Below, piece by piece: positions 13,389 to 27,481 of a DNA stretch of 64,000 bases. Under the pieces are notes generated by a model. It had not been told where the DNA came from and ran no database searches. It saw only the letters and a program-made list of their open reading frames with translations. The position numbers and the translations under genes were made by a program. The DNA lies in assembly GCA_965153455.1 (NCBI GenBank), contig OZ234493.1, positions 12,638,213-12,702,212 of the forward strand, in the 5' to 3' direction. Numbering within the stretch: the first letter of the stretch is position 1; each line of letters opens with the position of its first letter. Source of the stretch: Sphagnum compactum. Lineage: Eukaryota.

Positions 13389-15316
13389 AGCTTTCGTCAA
13401 TGATGGGTCTGTTGAAAGGCAATGGATCTCATCAAAAACACAATCGCACCAAGGAACCCCAACAACCATCCTTGATCATCATTGCAGGTATGTAATTTAT
13501 TGTTCAAGGAGCCTTTCAAAGAAATGTTTTTGAAAATTTTGAGCTGTGTGGTTTTCTACTTTTCATTTTTGCAAAATTGGAGAATGCTATGGTATTTCTC
13601 TCTTCATTATGGAAGAGAGAGTTTGCATCTATGTAGGATTTGGGGATTGGCTTGAAATTGTCATCTTCACATTGTCATGATCCTACTACATATGACAATT
13701 CTTGAGTGTTGGGTGGAGTTGGTTGAATTAAGGGCTAAACTGCTCGGAATTTTCTGGTGCTGCTGATTGGCCTTGTCAAACGTTCAACCCAACCTTTTGG
13801 ACTTTTAGGTTTTGCAAGGAACACAACACTCATTTATTCTCAAGGTTTTCTTTGAGCTGAAAAGAACAAAAAACCCATGTCCACTCAGAAAAAACATACA
13901 TCGATGTTTTTGAATGGATGTAGGTAATAAGAGTAAAACTTTCAAAAACTGATTTTCGTATTACACCTAAAATAGACATCTTTTTACAATGTTCATTAAG
14001 TATTAAAATTCTTTTTGTTTTCAAACACATACATGCCACAATGAAGTATAAACCCACATTGGTGGATCAACTAAGAGACATGACAAATATGATAATAGAT
14101 TCAGGGAGGCTAATCAAATCTCTTTCGTACCTAGCGTGTAGCCAAAATAGTGCAATTAGGGCAAAACAAATGTGAGAACATCTTGTAATGTTAAGAGTTA
14201 GTATCTCCACACACAGCAGTAAAATGACCTGAAAACTGAATTTTGGATGAAGTATGGTAGTGAAAGTGTATGAAACTCAGTTTTGGGCCTGTAAATGTAC
14301 CCAAAAGATAGATAGTAAGCAAAGATAAAGATGCCAAATTATTGCGGAGATTATAATTAGTTGTTGCATCAATGAACAGACCAAGTGTAAGAAAATTATC
14401 AAATTAGAGCAAATCCACCTACAACCTCCTTCTGCATGATAATGCACCCTCTAAATATAGTAGTGGATTTTTTGGAGGGCTTTCCACACTTGAAAGAAAT
14501 TTTCCCTGTGTATTTGGAAGAGAACCATATATATCAATATTCCCCCTCCCATAGAAGAGGACTGATCTTGCACCTTCTCTTAAGTGAGCATAAGAATGCT
14601 CCCACCCTTAAGAGTAGGAGGCATAAGAACCCGACCCCTCTAGCATTCCATGATCTTCTACACATATGCTTTAGTTTCGATAACATTCACATGCCTTACG
14701 ATCAGTACAACCTACATATATAGGGGATCAAAAATGAGATCCAATTCTCTTGAATACAAAGTTTTGTCAACATCCGAAGGTTTGGGTCCTCTATACTTTT
14801 CTCACAAAAGTCTTGATATCTAAGTGATACTCTTCAGCTCTTATAATACTATCATCCTGTTGTATTCCTACACAACTAGGAGGTTGATTGATATCCAGGA
14901 GACAATCTGAGAGTTTGCACAAACACAGAAGACCATAGAAGCTGCTATATTATCAAAATACAGAAAGTTTGTAGAACCTATAAAATTTTCTCACTTAAGA
15001 ATGGATCATACAGACACAGAGTATATACTATATATACAGTGTAGGATTCGGGTTTGGGGAACAAGATTTCACAAGAAAGTGAACATTGTTCTGGAACTGC
15101 TGCTGCAACTGTTGGAAGGGCTTGCTGTTCCTGATAGGCACATTTACTTAATCCAAGCTTTGCGCCTACTAGGGAAGGATTCAAAAGTAGGGCGCAATTA
15201 GCTTGGTTGTTTGGCAGCAGTATTTGCTGGAAAAATGCAAAGGAATTGAAGAAGTTGATCAGAAGGGTGTGTGGATTGATTCTACACTGCAGGAAAGAAA
15301 GACAAGACACATTCTC

Positions 15317-18300
15317 TCACCTAAGTGCAACATCATTGACTCTTTTTGATGGCGTACACACAACTTCAGTGGTGAACTGCTTTCCATCCAACTCTTTGTC
15401 AAAACCCAAAGCTCGACAAGCTCGCACTGCACCCATCTCTGGCCGCTCCGCAATCAATGCCAACTTCGCTTTGGTTTCAACCACTGTAGTTGTCCCATCA
15501 GTGGTGGTAAAGCACTGATTTGTCAGAGATGTTTTTGCTGCTCTCTTCACAAATGCAGCTCCATGTTTGGGGCTTTGTAACAGGACATTGGAGATGTTGG
15601 GATGGCCACTGTTCTCATCATTCTCTGTCTTCGCAAAGGCAGCTGTCATCTCTTTCTCCTTGGTTGCTTTTGATGCAGCTCTTTTCAGCCTGCCAGCTTT
15701 CCGCAGGTTTTCCATTTCCCCAACATGAGCCCTGAATTCCTTATGTACCACTTCCAGCACTACATCTCCATATCGATCACACCATGACCTGCATTCTCAA
15801 CAACCCATTCTCAACACCAGTGAGATACTACTTCCTGTAGTGTTGTTCATCTGCCACCTTGATGTTTTTAGTGACTCTTCTTTGAAGTTTCACTATATCT
15901 CCCTGTTCATTTGCAGACAACAAGCACAATTGAGAAGAAACCACGGCAAAAGAGGCAGCAATCCACTCACTTTGGAAAGAACCACTGGAGTTCAACCTTG
16001 TCCACAGGCAACTGTGTTGCAATTGCCTCGATCTGCTCATTGCTGCATCCCCCAAAACCCGTCACCATAACAATCAGCAATTGCTGCAGCACTGCAAAGC
16101 AGCTGAAGAAGTATGCATGTGGCATTGTTCTCAACAAAAATGTGCATGGAATCAACAAACAGAGCTTGCTTCAATCTCAGCTTCCGAGAGATGGAATTCT
16201 TGCTTCAAAATCTGCCGATTGTAATGCACATCGGCTTCTGGATAGTGTACTTACGTGAAGGTCTGGCCTGGACTTGTTTCACTCATTTCTGTCCGGATCC
16301 GTGTGAGCTCTGTTTTGATATTATCTCCCACAACCTGTCAACAATTTATGTCAGAAAACGGCTTATTCCTTCCTACTGCAGGAAATCTTTCATCAAGAAG
16401 AAAGATAACCCAGCAACAAATGTACCACCCAAAGCCAGGCAGTTTGCCAATGAGCTAGAGATTGCATACAGAAGTTTGTGAAACAAATCTCTCTTTCTCC
16501 CTCTTCGAAGTACCTTGTCGATGAAGAAGTTAGTGGGTGAGCCCTTTGCATTGACCTTCTTCTTATATTTCACAATGTCAGGACCCTGACCATTGTTCCC
16601 TTCCTTCAGAACCCCAGCATCTATAAGCCCACTTTGTGGACGCTTGCCATCTTTACTGCCATCCTCAGGAGTTTCCTCTTCCATGTTGAGGGGTGAATAA
16701 GCTTCAGAAGACACATCAGACTCACCACCGTGTAGCTTCCGCACCAATCCAGATAACATACCTCCCTTCTTTCTGTGACATCACCGACATCAGATTCACA
16801 CATCCATTTCTGCATTCAGCTCATACAAAGTTTCCAATTCAGCTATAAAAAATCAAGAAAACAACTACTTGATTTGAAGCTTTCAGAAAAAACCACTTGA
16901 TCAGAGAAGCTTTCTGAGAAGAACCACTTGGTTTGAAGCTTTCTGAGAAAACAACCCACTTGGGTTTGAAGCTTTCTGCAACTATTGTACCTGTGGACAA
17001 GGCCTGGTGATGCAGAGAGTTTCCTCACAGGTGATGCAAACAGCACCTCCTCATCTTCTTCCAGGTCTGTTGTTGTCACTGCTACATTTGCATTGACCAC
17101 CTTTCTTCCCACTGCCTCATTGAGTGATTCCTTCTTCAGAATCCAACGACCCAGTGGAGGAATTGGAGCTTCACGGAGAGGTCCAGTCTCTGCTCCCCTG
17201 TGTTAAGAAAGATTCAAAAGTGGTGTCAGTGGGGCAAAAACATCACAAATGAGCAGGAGTTGGCTTTGAGTCATGAGAGGGAAACCCCCAAAATGCCACA
17301 GAAAGATGCACTTTCTTACGTACCAATTTGCTCTGTTGTTCTTGATGCGGGACATGGCCTCCAGAACTTGTTTGATGGGCGTCTTTCTGGTTGTGGTGGT
17401 GGTGGTGGAGGCATCAGCAGCAGCCATCTTCTTCTTCCTGCTGATGGGCGAGTAATTTTTTGCATGATCAGTAGTGGTGGTGGAGCTTGAGCTCTTCTCA
17501 GTTGCAGTCTCCACACCAGTTGTGATAACAGTTGCTCTGCAGTCTGGAGCATCATGGCCTATGCTCCCTCTTTGTGGTAGAGGGCTCACCAACATCACAA
17601 AGTCCTGTGAATCCAGCTCTGCTCCCTGCTCTGCAAGACGTGACAGAATTGGTTGCTTTGTGGCATGATATTCAGATTCTGAGATGCATCCTTCTCGTAA
17701 CAAATCCTGTCAACAAGCTCCCCCCACATCACACCCATCACACAAACACACACAGAGCTATTGCAACTCGGCATCAACAAAGAGACAGAAGCAAAAGCTT
17801 TGATGGGTACTGTTGAAAGAAGAGGATGATTGAGGATGGGTGGTTAGGTTCCTCGATGGGTCGTTGGTTCTTTTCTCTGTCTGTCATGGCCAAAAACCAA
17901 AACCCTAAATCCTAGACCCTAAACGCTCTGTCATTTTCACTGTCATGGCGGAGTTGCATTGCAAGCAGGAGCAGCAAAAGCAGACCTGCAAGAAGAGGAG
18001 CTTGTCGCGAGTGAAATTGGCCCACTCGCCATCCTGATGCACTGCAGCTACGACAGCAAGAATGTCCTTCCTGCACGTCTGAAGCTCCGCTTCAGAGATC
18101 AAGCCTTCCTTGAGCAGCGCTTGCAGTTTGAGGACCTTGTGGAAAGCTTCTTGCTGCCACACCAGATTGTCTGCCTGCTGCCCCGCCCTCCGGTGGTTCT
18201 GCTGCATAGACGACGATGGCGACATCATCCCCGTCGTCGTTCGCTTTACTAGCATGCACTTCTGCAGCAGCGGTGTCATGTGCTTGTAGAGATCCTTGGC

Positions 18301-18490
18301 ATTTTCCTGAGCAACAACAAAAGCAAGCGAATGAGGCACTGTGAAGAAATTGTGCACCTGAAGAAACAGTAGAAGCAACCACCGCCTGCCTCTCAGAAAG
18401 GTTTTCTTTCTTCTCTGTACATGGCTTGTGTGTAGGTACCTGGAGAAACTTGTGCGGCGACGACTTGGAGGATTCTTGTACCGCTGCCAT
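15317..18490 (-). CDS. Conserved land-plant protein of unknown function; 8 exons, ~614 aa
   Basis: Exons 18490-18440, 18306-17986, 17706-17324, 17197-16991, 16772-16514, 16334-16255, 16042-15971, 15788-15317 splice in phase. Conserved-looking blocks QADNLVWQQEAFHKVLKL...RDKLLFLQDLLREGCISESEYHATKQPILSRLAEQGAE and GSPTNFFIDKVVGDNIKTELTRI...NEQIEAIATQLPVDKVELQWFFPKSWCDRYGDVVLEVVHKEFRAHVGEMENLR resemble an uncharacterised angiosperm family recalled from memory. Confidence 0.85.
16860..16982. repeat. intronic minisatellite, ~29-31 bp unit x 4
   Basis: AACCACTTG(G/A)TTTGAAGCTTTC(T/A)GAGAA-like units in intron 4 of the unknown gene. Confidence 0.85.
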
Positions 18491-21400
18491 GCTGCAACAA
18501 CAAGCACGAGGATTCCCTGATTTTCTCTTCTTCTCCACCTCAACTCCTCCTCCTCTTCTCTTCTCTGGAAACCACCAACAAGAAGAGAGAAATGAAACAA
18601 CCACCCAAGACGACTACTACTACTACTACTACTACTACGCCTCTTCTCCACGATCAAATTCTTGGCACCATCGTTCCACAGAATCGCAACGAAGAAGAAG
18701 ACGAAAGACCTACCACCCACATACCCAAGAACAACAACCCCCACTTCCTTCCTTCCTTCCTTCCCTCCTGCCTTCCTTCCTTTCTTCCTCGCTAGACAAC
18801 AATCTCAGTTGCTGGAGAAATAACTCGAAAACCACACGAGAAAGAATTTAGAGAGAGAGAGAGAGAGAGAGGAATTCTGCTTCAAGGAATTCCAGTCACG
18901 AACAAGAAGGAATGATAAGTAAGCAAGAAAAGCTGGAGGAGAGACGGCGATGGAGTTTGTCATGAGACTGTCGGTGTGTCTGTCTGTCTGTCTGTCTTGT
19001 CTGTTCTGTAGTAGCAAGAGCCAAGGAGAAAAGACTGTTAGCGGAAAATCTATTTGGAGAGAGAGGAATGCGATGCGATGTAATGCAATGCTCAACAACA
19101 GCAACAGCAGCAAAATGGGAGGAGAAAGAGAGAAAGACCGAGCGAGCGTCGAGAGAGAACGAGAACGAGAACGTGGAGAGTCCCAACGGCTTCATTCTGG
19201 TTTGAATGTGGTTTCAGCGATCCGTCCGTTTAGCCACAAACCCTAAAATGCCAATTTGTGCATCGTTGATCCATCCATTTGAACGGACCGGATTTTGTAT
19301 TGTCGCCAACCAAAGTGGCGATGATACACAGGAAGGCTTAGTAGCCAGATTTGGCTATAATAAAGCTAAAAATATTTATTAAGTACATTTAAAGCAAATG
19401 GGTTTATTTAGCTTGTTTTCAACCAGCAATTTTGGTGGTAAACCGAGTTTCATCCTCTCTTTCCTTTTTCCTGAGCGCCTCCACTGCTGGCTGCTACATA
19501 TGTTTTTCACTGCTGCTCCTAACTGTACAACTACGATAATTAGTCTCGAACCTTGTGCATTAAATGCTAGGTATCGATCGGCATTTCATCCCATTTTCAT
19601 ACTGAGTTGCAGTATTTCATACTGAGATTTATTAAAATGCCTTTACTTTATAGGGTTTCAGGTTTTAGGCAGGACCTCGGCAACCATTGAGAGTTGAAGC
19701 TTCTTCTTCTTCATTTTTTTTCGCATTTCAAAAACTACATCAAAACCTTGTTGGGTTTCACTTTTATTAATCAATCTATTTTGTGCATTCAAGGTTAGAG
19801 ATTTTTGAGTTTGTAAATTGAGTTTTTTTTTTTTTTTTGTTTGGCTCTTCTTCTTGTGTTGCTACTCTCTCTTCTTGTGTTGCATTGTAGTTTGAGTCAT
19901 ATCACTTTGTTACTTGACTTCTCTTGTATTGATGTTTGTTCCTCCTATGTTGTTGCTCACGTCCTCTTACATTGTTACTTTTTCTTCTTGCATTGTTGTT
20001 ATTTAGGTCCTTACATTGTTACTCAACTTCTCTTGCATTATTGTTCTAGTTTTATTTTTTGTTTTTTTTACCATTTTTTGATCATTTTTGTAATTTAAAA
20101 AAACATTTTGGTAAAAAAATTGAACTTTCGATAACTAACCTTTGAAAATTAATCAAATGATATTAAATTTGTGAAAATTGTCACTTAAAAAATTGGTTGA
20201 ATATGTTTTTTCAAAAGTTTAATATCTTGGTTGGTTTTGTTTATGGAGAAAAAAATTTTAAAACCTAATTTATTTTTTAAATGTCATGTGAAAACTAAAA
20301 CTAATGGTTTTCACCCAAAAAATGAAAATTGACCAACATTGAAAAAACTAACATTGTCCAATTACCAACATGTGTAAATAACGAATATGTATAGGATATG
20401 TATAGATACATATCTTAAAGTTATGGGAAAAAACTTAAACAAATGTCATTCATTGGTATATCTTGATGCATATTCATATCCAACAAAATATTTTTCATCA
20501 ATAACTTGATACATAGCCATATCCATCATAATGTGTGTGTGTGTGCCTAAATATGTATCCTATGATCTATGCATATCAAAATTTTAGGGTTTTAGGGTGT
20601 AGTCACACAAACACAAGCCATAACAAGTGTAACCAATGGTTAGTTTTTCACATTTAAAAGTGATAATTTAATTTGGTGTTGAAAGTATATATTTTTTTAA
20701 TATAGTAAGGTTCATAACACATCATTGGAACATGTGAATTAATTAAAAAAATATCCGATGAATAATAAACTTTCAAAAGTTTTCATTAAACATTATAACA
20801 CATTTTTTTAGCACTAAAAAGATTTATAAATAGACTTCAAAACTTTTGACAATTACATATATTTTGAAATCTTTTACATAAACCTTAACATAATAATATT
20901 AAAAATTTTGAAAAAAAATTTAAAGAATATTTCACCAAAAGCAGTCCCAAAAGCAAGTGGGCGTGTTATCCAATTTGCACCTTTTAGGTTTATTGGGGTT
21001 GAAGGACATGGGCTTTGAAATTTTTCAAGCTTTTGTTATTTCAATGGCTTGGATACACGAAATAACCAAAAAAAAAAAAAAAGGTGAGTACAATTTTTGT
21101 TTTGTTTTGTGATCATTGTCATTCATATTGCAATGATGAAATTTGACAAAATTCGATGTGGTGATAAGGTGTTTCACTTTTATATTTTCACTTTTGGACT
21201 AATTCATCGTCCTATTTAATAGTGATAATAGCCACATTGAAAGGTTTTTGGTGAAACTTTGTTTTTCACAAATGTGTGGGTATGTGTGTGTGCAAATAAG
21301 AAGAAGATGTTAGTAGTATCAATGACATAGCACAGGTTAGGCCACGATGAACTAATGCCAAAGTCAAATCATTTATATCTTTCACTTAGAGAGATGATTT

Positions 21401-24039
21401 TTTTGTTATCAAGTCAAGGATTCATGCCAACAAATCCTTTGAAATTTTGTTACAATATTGTGATTTTTCCTATTGTTTTTATATAGAGTTTGCGAATGCT
21501 AGACAAATTGACAAGTGAGACAATGGAACACATTACCATTCAAGATACATGGCATATACAAGCCAACTTGGAACAAAATGCAACAACACATTTTATTGAA
21601 CACTTCTTGAAAAATTGAGACAAGCCTAGTGGCTAACAATTCCACTATTCACCAGTTTTAGCAAATTAGACAAGATATCAGTTATTAGTAAAAAGTATTG
21701 TTGTACCCATTGATAAGCCAACACTACATTTCAAGTCAGCAACACTTTGGACCAACTTTATAGGAAAATTAGTAACATTTACACCATAACATGCCAAGAG
21801 AAGGTCAACATCCTAAAAGTTGGTCGCACAATTTTCTTAACATTGGCATCAAACAAGCTAAAACAAATAACATGCACATATCTAGAATCATAATATGAAA
21901 TAAATAACATAAATGATTGACTCACAACAAAAATTAATGCAACTTTTCTTGCAAATCATGACTTTCTAATTGCACAATAGTTGCAAAACGTCTTCATCAC
22001 AACAACTTCAATACAACAAGCACACAAAAAAACTTGTCATGACCTAAACACAACAATTTTGCATACCTTATTCATCATATTCCTCTATCCCACTTGAGGA
22101 AGGCAATATTTCTTTCTCATGCAATATCTTGATACTTGAACTACAAAGTCACCCAAATATACCATAAGAATCAATTATAATGGGTTAAAGCTAACATTCT
22201 TTTATCAAACACACAAGCACGTGGTGAAAAGAAACAAACCTTTTATTGTTTGTCCACTATGCATCACTATTCAATAGCCATTCATAATCTCCAATACATA
22301 AAACCATTTAATGGTTCTTCAATTCATTTATCACAAAGAGAGTAGTATACCATTTTAAAGCACAACACAACATCTTGGACTCTTCATGTTGCAAGGATTT
22401 ATCTTCTCCTCCAAGATTCAACACATTTGCAAAGGCAAATGCATATGTTAGCACATGGAAAACACAAATAGACAAGTTTGTTGAACGACTAGGGGTAGAT
22501 CCATGCCTTGGACATTGCAAATTGTTGATGGGGAGTTCACCATCCTCTATATTGATCAAGAAGATTCCTTGTCCAAGTCTTAAGCAAGAATAATGTTAAA
22601 GAATTATTTTTTTTGAGGTCTTCATTCTTGGTAAGCTTATTAAATTTTTGTGATATATAACTTAAAAACAAATTTATGGAACCAATATGACTTTGAACAA
22701 GCCCAAACTATTATGGGAAAGATGAAACAAATTGTTGTTGACAAATTTAGCTAACAATCTAACTTGTTTATAAAAGAACAACAATCACCTTTTAAACCAA
22801 AAGAAATTAAAGTAGGATCAAAGTGTAATGATGCAAATTTAAATGATTCTCATCTCACCAAAAAAAATTTAACAGAAGTATAAAACGTGATGTGTTTATT
22901 TTTTCAAATCATAACATTCAAAACCTGAAAGTTTATGTAGGTCCAAATACAAACCCACAATGTCAATATTGTCAGTATATGAAAAATTCACTTATTAGAA
23001 TGAAGAAAGATGTGTCAAAGTATAGGCCTTTTGAACAAAACTTTATATTAAAATTGTTACATGTAGGACACAATAAATCAAATGTGATAAAATTGAAACC
23101 CAAAATATAAATAATCATAACAATATAGGTAAGAATGGTTACAACGTAGTGAAAGGACGTTCTACATCTAGTTTGTAATATCAAATTTTTATATCTTAAA
23201 ACATCATAAAACCATATGCAAAAAATGTTGAAATTTCTTTTGGGACCACTTTGTACCTTGCATTCCTTGATATTAAGGTGATTTTTGAAACAAACTTTGG
23301 GTACCTTGGTATTTTCCAAGCCAAGTTTATTAGAGTTATGATGTTAGCACCCCCTTCAATTTAATGGGTACATAGTGTTTGAACTCATTTAAAGATGCTA
23401 AAACTTTTGACATTACAATCATCAATCCAAATTTCATAACAAGATGCCAACTCATAGTAAACAATAGTAGTTGTTTTTGGCTTATGTTTTGCACCCAAAT
23501 GAGAGTATTTTTGTCATGATTCCCCCCAGCAACCACATTACTTAATCGGGCAAGCTGAACTTGTGTTCCATATACTACTATCTAAACTTGTAATATAAGC
23601 CTAGAATACAAAACAAGTATAGAATTTGTCAAAAGGTCCTTTCCTCCCCCTCTCCCTCCATGTTACTTGATTGTGCAAGTTGGTTGGTTGGTAGGTTAAT
23701 TGCCATTGTTATCCCTAAAACAAATAACAAGCTATGTTAGAACAAAAACTAGTTAATTGTAAAACAAATATGGAACGTATTTTACTCTTGAATTGGGGGG
23801 ATACTATAGTTTACTACTTAGTGAGACAACAAAGGTTTTGTTAATGCAACAATAAGGTGGGTGTGTATGCTATTATAGAAAGATAAAAATGATATTATAT
23901 CTCTCACCATGATTCAAACATGTACTTTGAGTATATATAAGTGCCAACAATGTTAGCCCATAATTTTTTTTCCAAATAAGTATGTTTACTAAGGAATCAA
24001 GTCAAGCAAAGATATCGACATTGTGTTGGAAACTGTGAA

Positions 24040-24420
24040 CCATTTCCAATCTACAACTCAAAAATTTAATTAATCCACATGAGTTCCAATTTCATTGGAA
24101 ACTCAAAACAATTAGTCTCCCAAAAAAATTAAATCCAAATCAATGTGTTTTCCAAAAAAATTGAAATGTAAACAACAAAAAGTGTGTGTGAAATTGCAAA
24201 CATGTTTATGATCACAACTCAAAATTTGATCAACCTACACGAATTCCAATTTCATTGAAAGTTCAAACCAAATTGTTTGAAAAAAATAATTCCAAATTAG
24301 TGCATTTACTAAATAATCAAATCACACAATGAGTTGGAAATTATGTACCCAAATGCAATCCCATTTCCAATTTTGACGAATCTACACAATTCCCAATTTC
24401 ATCAAAAGCTCAAACCAAAT
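24040..24420. repeat. degenerate tandem repeat, ~150-165 bp unit x ~2.5
   Basis: Recurring CAACTCAAAA(A)TTT...(C/T)ACA..(G/A)TTCCAATTTCATTG(G/A)AA..TCAAA(A/C)CAA at ~24053, ~24214 and partially ~24370. Confidence 0.65.
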
Positions 24421-27143
24421 ACCTCTTTTCTCCATTCAATATTTTGTCTTTGCAACAATTTGTAAATAAATATGTAGGAGTCAAGTAGAATTGGGTACCT
24501 ACATAAATCTTGCATTTGGATATCCACTTGCCACTTGTTGCACATACATATATTATGTTTGGATTAAAAGCACAAGATTTCACATTTTTGTATGCAAAAA
24601 GGCTAAATAGATCTAATTGTGAAAAAGTTGTTACTCCCAACCTTAAGAAAAATTTGAGAAGATTGGGGTGTACATGATTGTTTCACAATTACTTTAAAGT
24701 CAACCAATTAATAACTATTAATTCCTTGATATTTGTGGAACACCTTTATAAGATCATTATACTTTCAAGAGTATCTAAAATGATGTCAAGACATTCTTTA
24801 GTGTCCAAATTAGTTTGCAAATCTATAAGATTGCACATCCATGAAGAGATTCTTCAATAACATTTTTGTTTACCTCATGTCTCTACCATTACTCTACCAT
24901 TGACTTCATCAACTTGTAACAACAATAGGTGTAAATAAATACACATACTACATGCTCAAAAATTTTGGCAACAATTATGGAATTTGACATTTCTGGCACA
25001 TTTGCAAAAGCAAATAAGAAAACTTAGTCATGCTTATTAGCAACTTCTCAACAGGCATAGCTAACACAAGTGTAGTCATATTAACATGTACCATTAACAA
25101 TCATAACCACTGCTTATTTTTTTGAATAAAAATGATAATAGATTTTTTTACTAAAATGTTATTGTGAATAATCATTGTACATATCATAAAAATTTGAAAT
25201 CAATTTAATGAGTAAAAAATATGTAATTTACATTTTTAAGGACTTGTAACCACTATTTAAAAACAATTTTGACACTAAAAACAAAATTTGAAAAAACAAT
25301 TATGACATGTTTTAGAATTTATTTTAATATACACCTTAACATAATAGCATCAAAAAAACTTTAAATTTTTTTACTATTTTCATAAAGATGTATTAAAAAT
25401 ATTTTTAAAATGTTATTCAAAATAATAATAATAAATAATGGTCTAAGGGGGCATGTGTAGCCCTTATAGCATGGTTGGACCCACACCAAAATACAATAGT
25501 ATCCTCATTCAAACTATAGGGTGTAAGCAAGATAAAGTGAACAATTTGATTTACTTGTCAAAATTGGAACAAATAGATTTCAAATAACAACAAAACCCTT
25601 GTCAAATTGTGGAACATTGAATGTTTTCATTTCAATGACTAAATATGATATATGCTTACTTTAATGTGCACTGATTTCATAATTATAAAAGTAGGTTTTT
25701 AAAAATACAAGTGATTTTTATGTCTACTTTTCATTGTGGGCTTTTGGTTTCAAGTAGGTGTCAAGTAGGTTCTTACAAAAAAGAAATAATTTTTTTTTTA
25801 CGACTTGCTAAAACATATGTTGATATTCATTTCCTAACTTATTACATATCAATTTCATTAATTTTTATAACCAAAAAACAGGTTTGAACACATATTTTTA
25901 ATTAGTTTTAAATGTATTTTTTATTTACTTTTAAAATTCATTTGCTTTTACTTTTTCTTAGAATTAAATTCTTATAAATTTAATATAATCAATTAATGTT
26001 ACTTGACACATACTTTCACATAATTTGATGTTTCTTTATGGTAGTTATATGAGAGGTGCAAATTAAAGTGGAAACATCTACTATTTTGGTATACTTTATC
26101 TTACTTTGACCCTACAATAAAACTTGTGAAGGTATAAAGTTTGATTTCATTTCAACTTGCCCCTATACAAACAAAATATCTACAGTAAGGTGTAAAAGGT
26201 CTTACATAAATGGTTGTGGGTAGAACCTCCTAGATCCTGACTATAATTCTTCAAGCACACCATAGTTCTTGATGTATCCATTTTTCCTTTCATTGTAATT
26301 TTGTTTGCAAGCTCTTGAACCCTTCTTTTGAACCCACCATGTTACAATTGTTTATACCCTACTATAAATTATAGCATTAGATTAAGTACCATTTAACTAT
26401 TTGCAAAATGCATGTGCCATGAGATTCGTGAAAATGAAATGTTTGATAGTTAACATTTATAAAAACACAAATATGTTTTTTGTGCATTGTGACAAATGCT
26501 ACCACATCCTAAGTTCAATTAATTCCAACATGTTAATCACTTCAAGCTAAAAGCTTGGGGAAGATTTCAAAACTTCTAAAACATTTCAATACATTTCAAA
26601 TAGCCAATACACAATGACAAAAAAAAAAAAAAAAACACCTAACTTGTGTTGCACTTAAGAAATAGTTATGTACTTCAAACAAAACAAATGGTAGAATCTA
26701 TTACAATATACACTAGCTGTTGAATCACAAGCTTTGAAATGTGTCTTACTTGGTGAGTTGTGGCATAGTGAAGATCTTGACATCCAAATATGCAAGCATC
26801 ATCTGGTTTTGTGTTCATAATACTACATCTTATTTGCTTACTTTCCACTTGGATAAAACTTCAACATTGGACTGCAAATTGGGTTACACAAAGACTTTGA
26901 CACCTAATACTTGGCATTGGGAATCACAAAAAATGTTTTTGGTAATAAGCATTAGCTTTGTTATTGATCGACAACTTGTCCTTTCTAAAAGATACTTTAG
27001 AACAAGATCATGACAGTAAGAACAGAGGATTGGCCAAATTTAAAATTATAATGCAATAAATGAAATGTGTAAACAAATCAAAACTAGATGAACATAATAA
27101 GTATGTCACCTAGAAAACCAAATGTAAAAAAAAAAATCTGAAA

Positions 27144-27440
27144 CACTAGTAGAAATCAGCCAAAATGTAACCACTCCATTTACGACTACATGCGACTTGT
27201 AGTCGTTTGCGACTAGATTTGGGAACATTTGCAACTACAGAACCATATTTCAACTATTTTGGTCATTCTCACAACTATGATGCAACTATTAGAAATTTCA
27301 TCCTATTGGTTGCATCAATTTTACATTTATTTTCATCCATTAATAGGTTGATATGTCCCATTAGTCACAATAGTCAACAAATTAGTTGCATCCTAAAGGT
27401 ATTCTACAATGATATAGGGGTGTATTTTAATGTATGTACT

Positions 27441-27481
<41 letters not shown>

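Noticed and set aside
15259-15320. Extra terminal exon (SVESIHTPF*) for the unknown gene via AG|GTGAG at the stop
   Set aside because: The implied intron would be only ~32 nt, too short to be plausible.
21200-23600. Coding-like relics (also ~26200-27000, 35200-36500, 41030-41900, 43000-43900)
   Set aside because: Probably ancient transposon ORFs, but too degraded to assign a family without a profile search.
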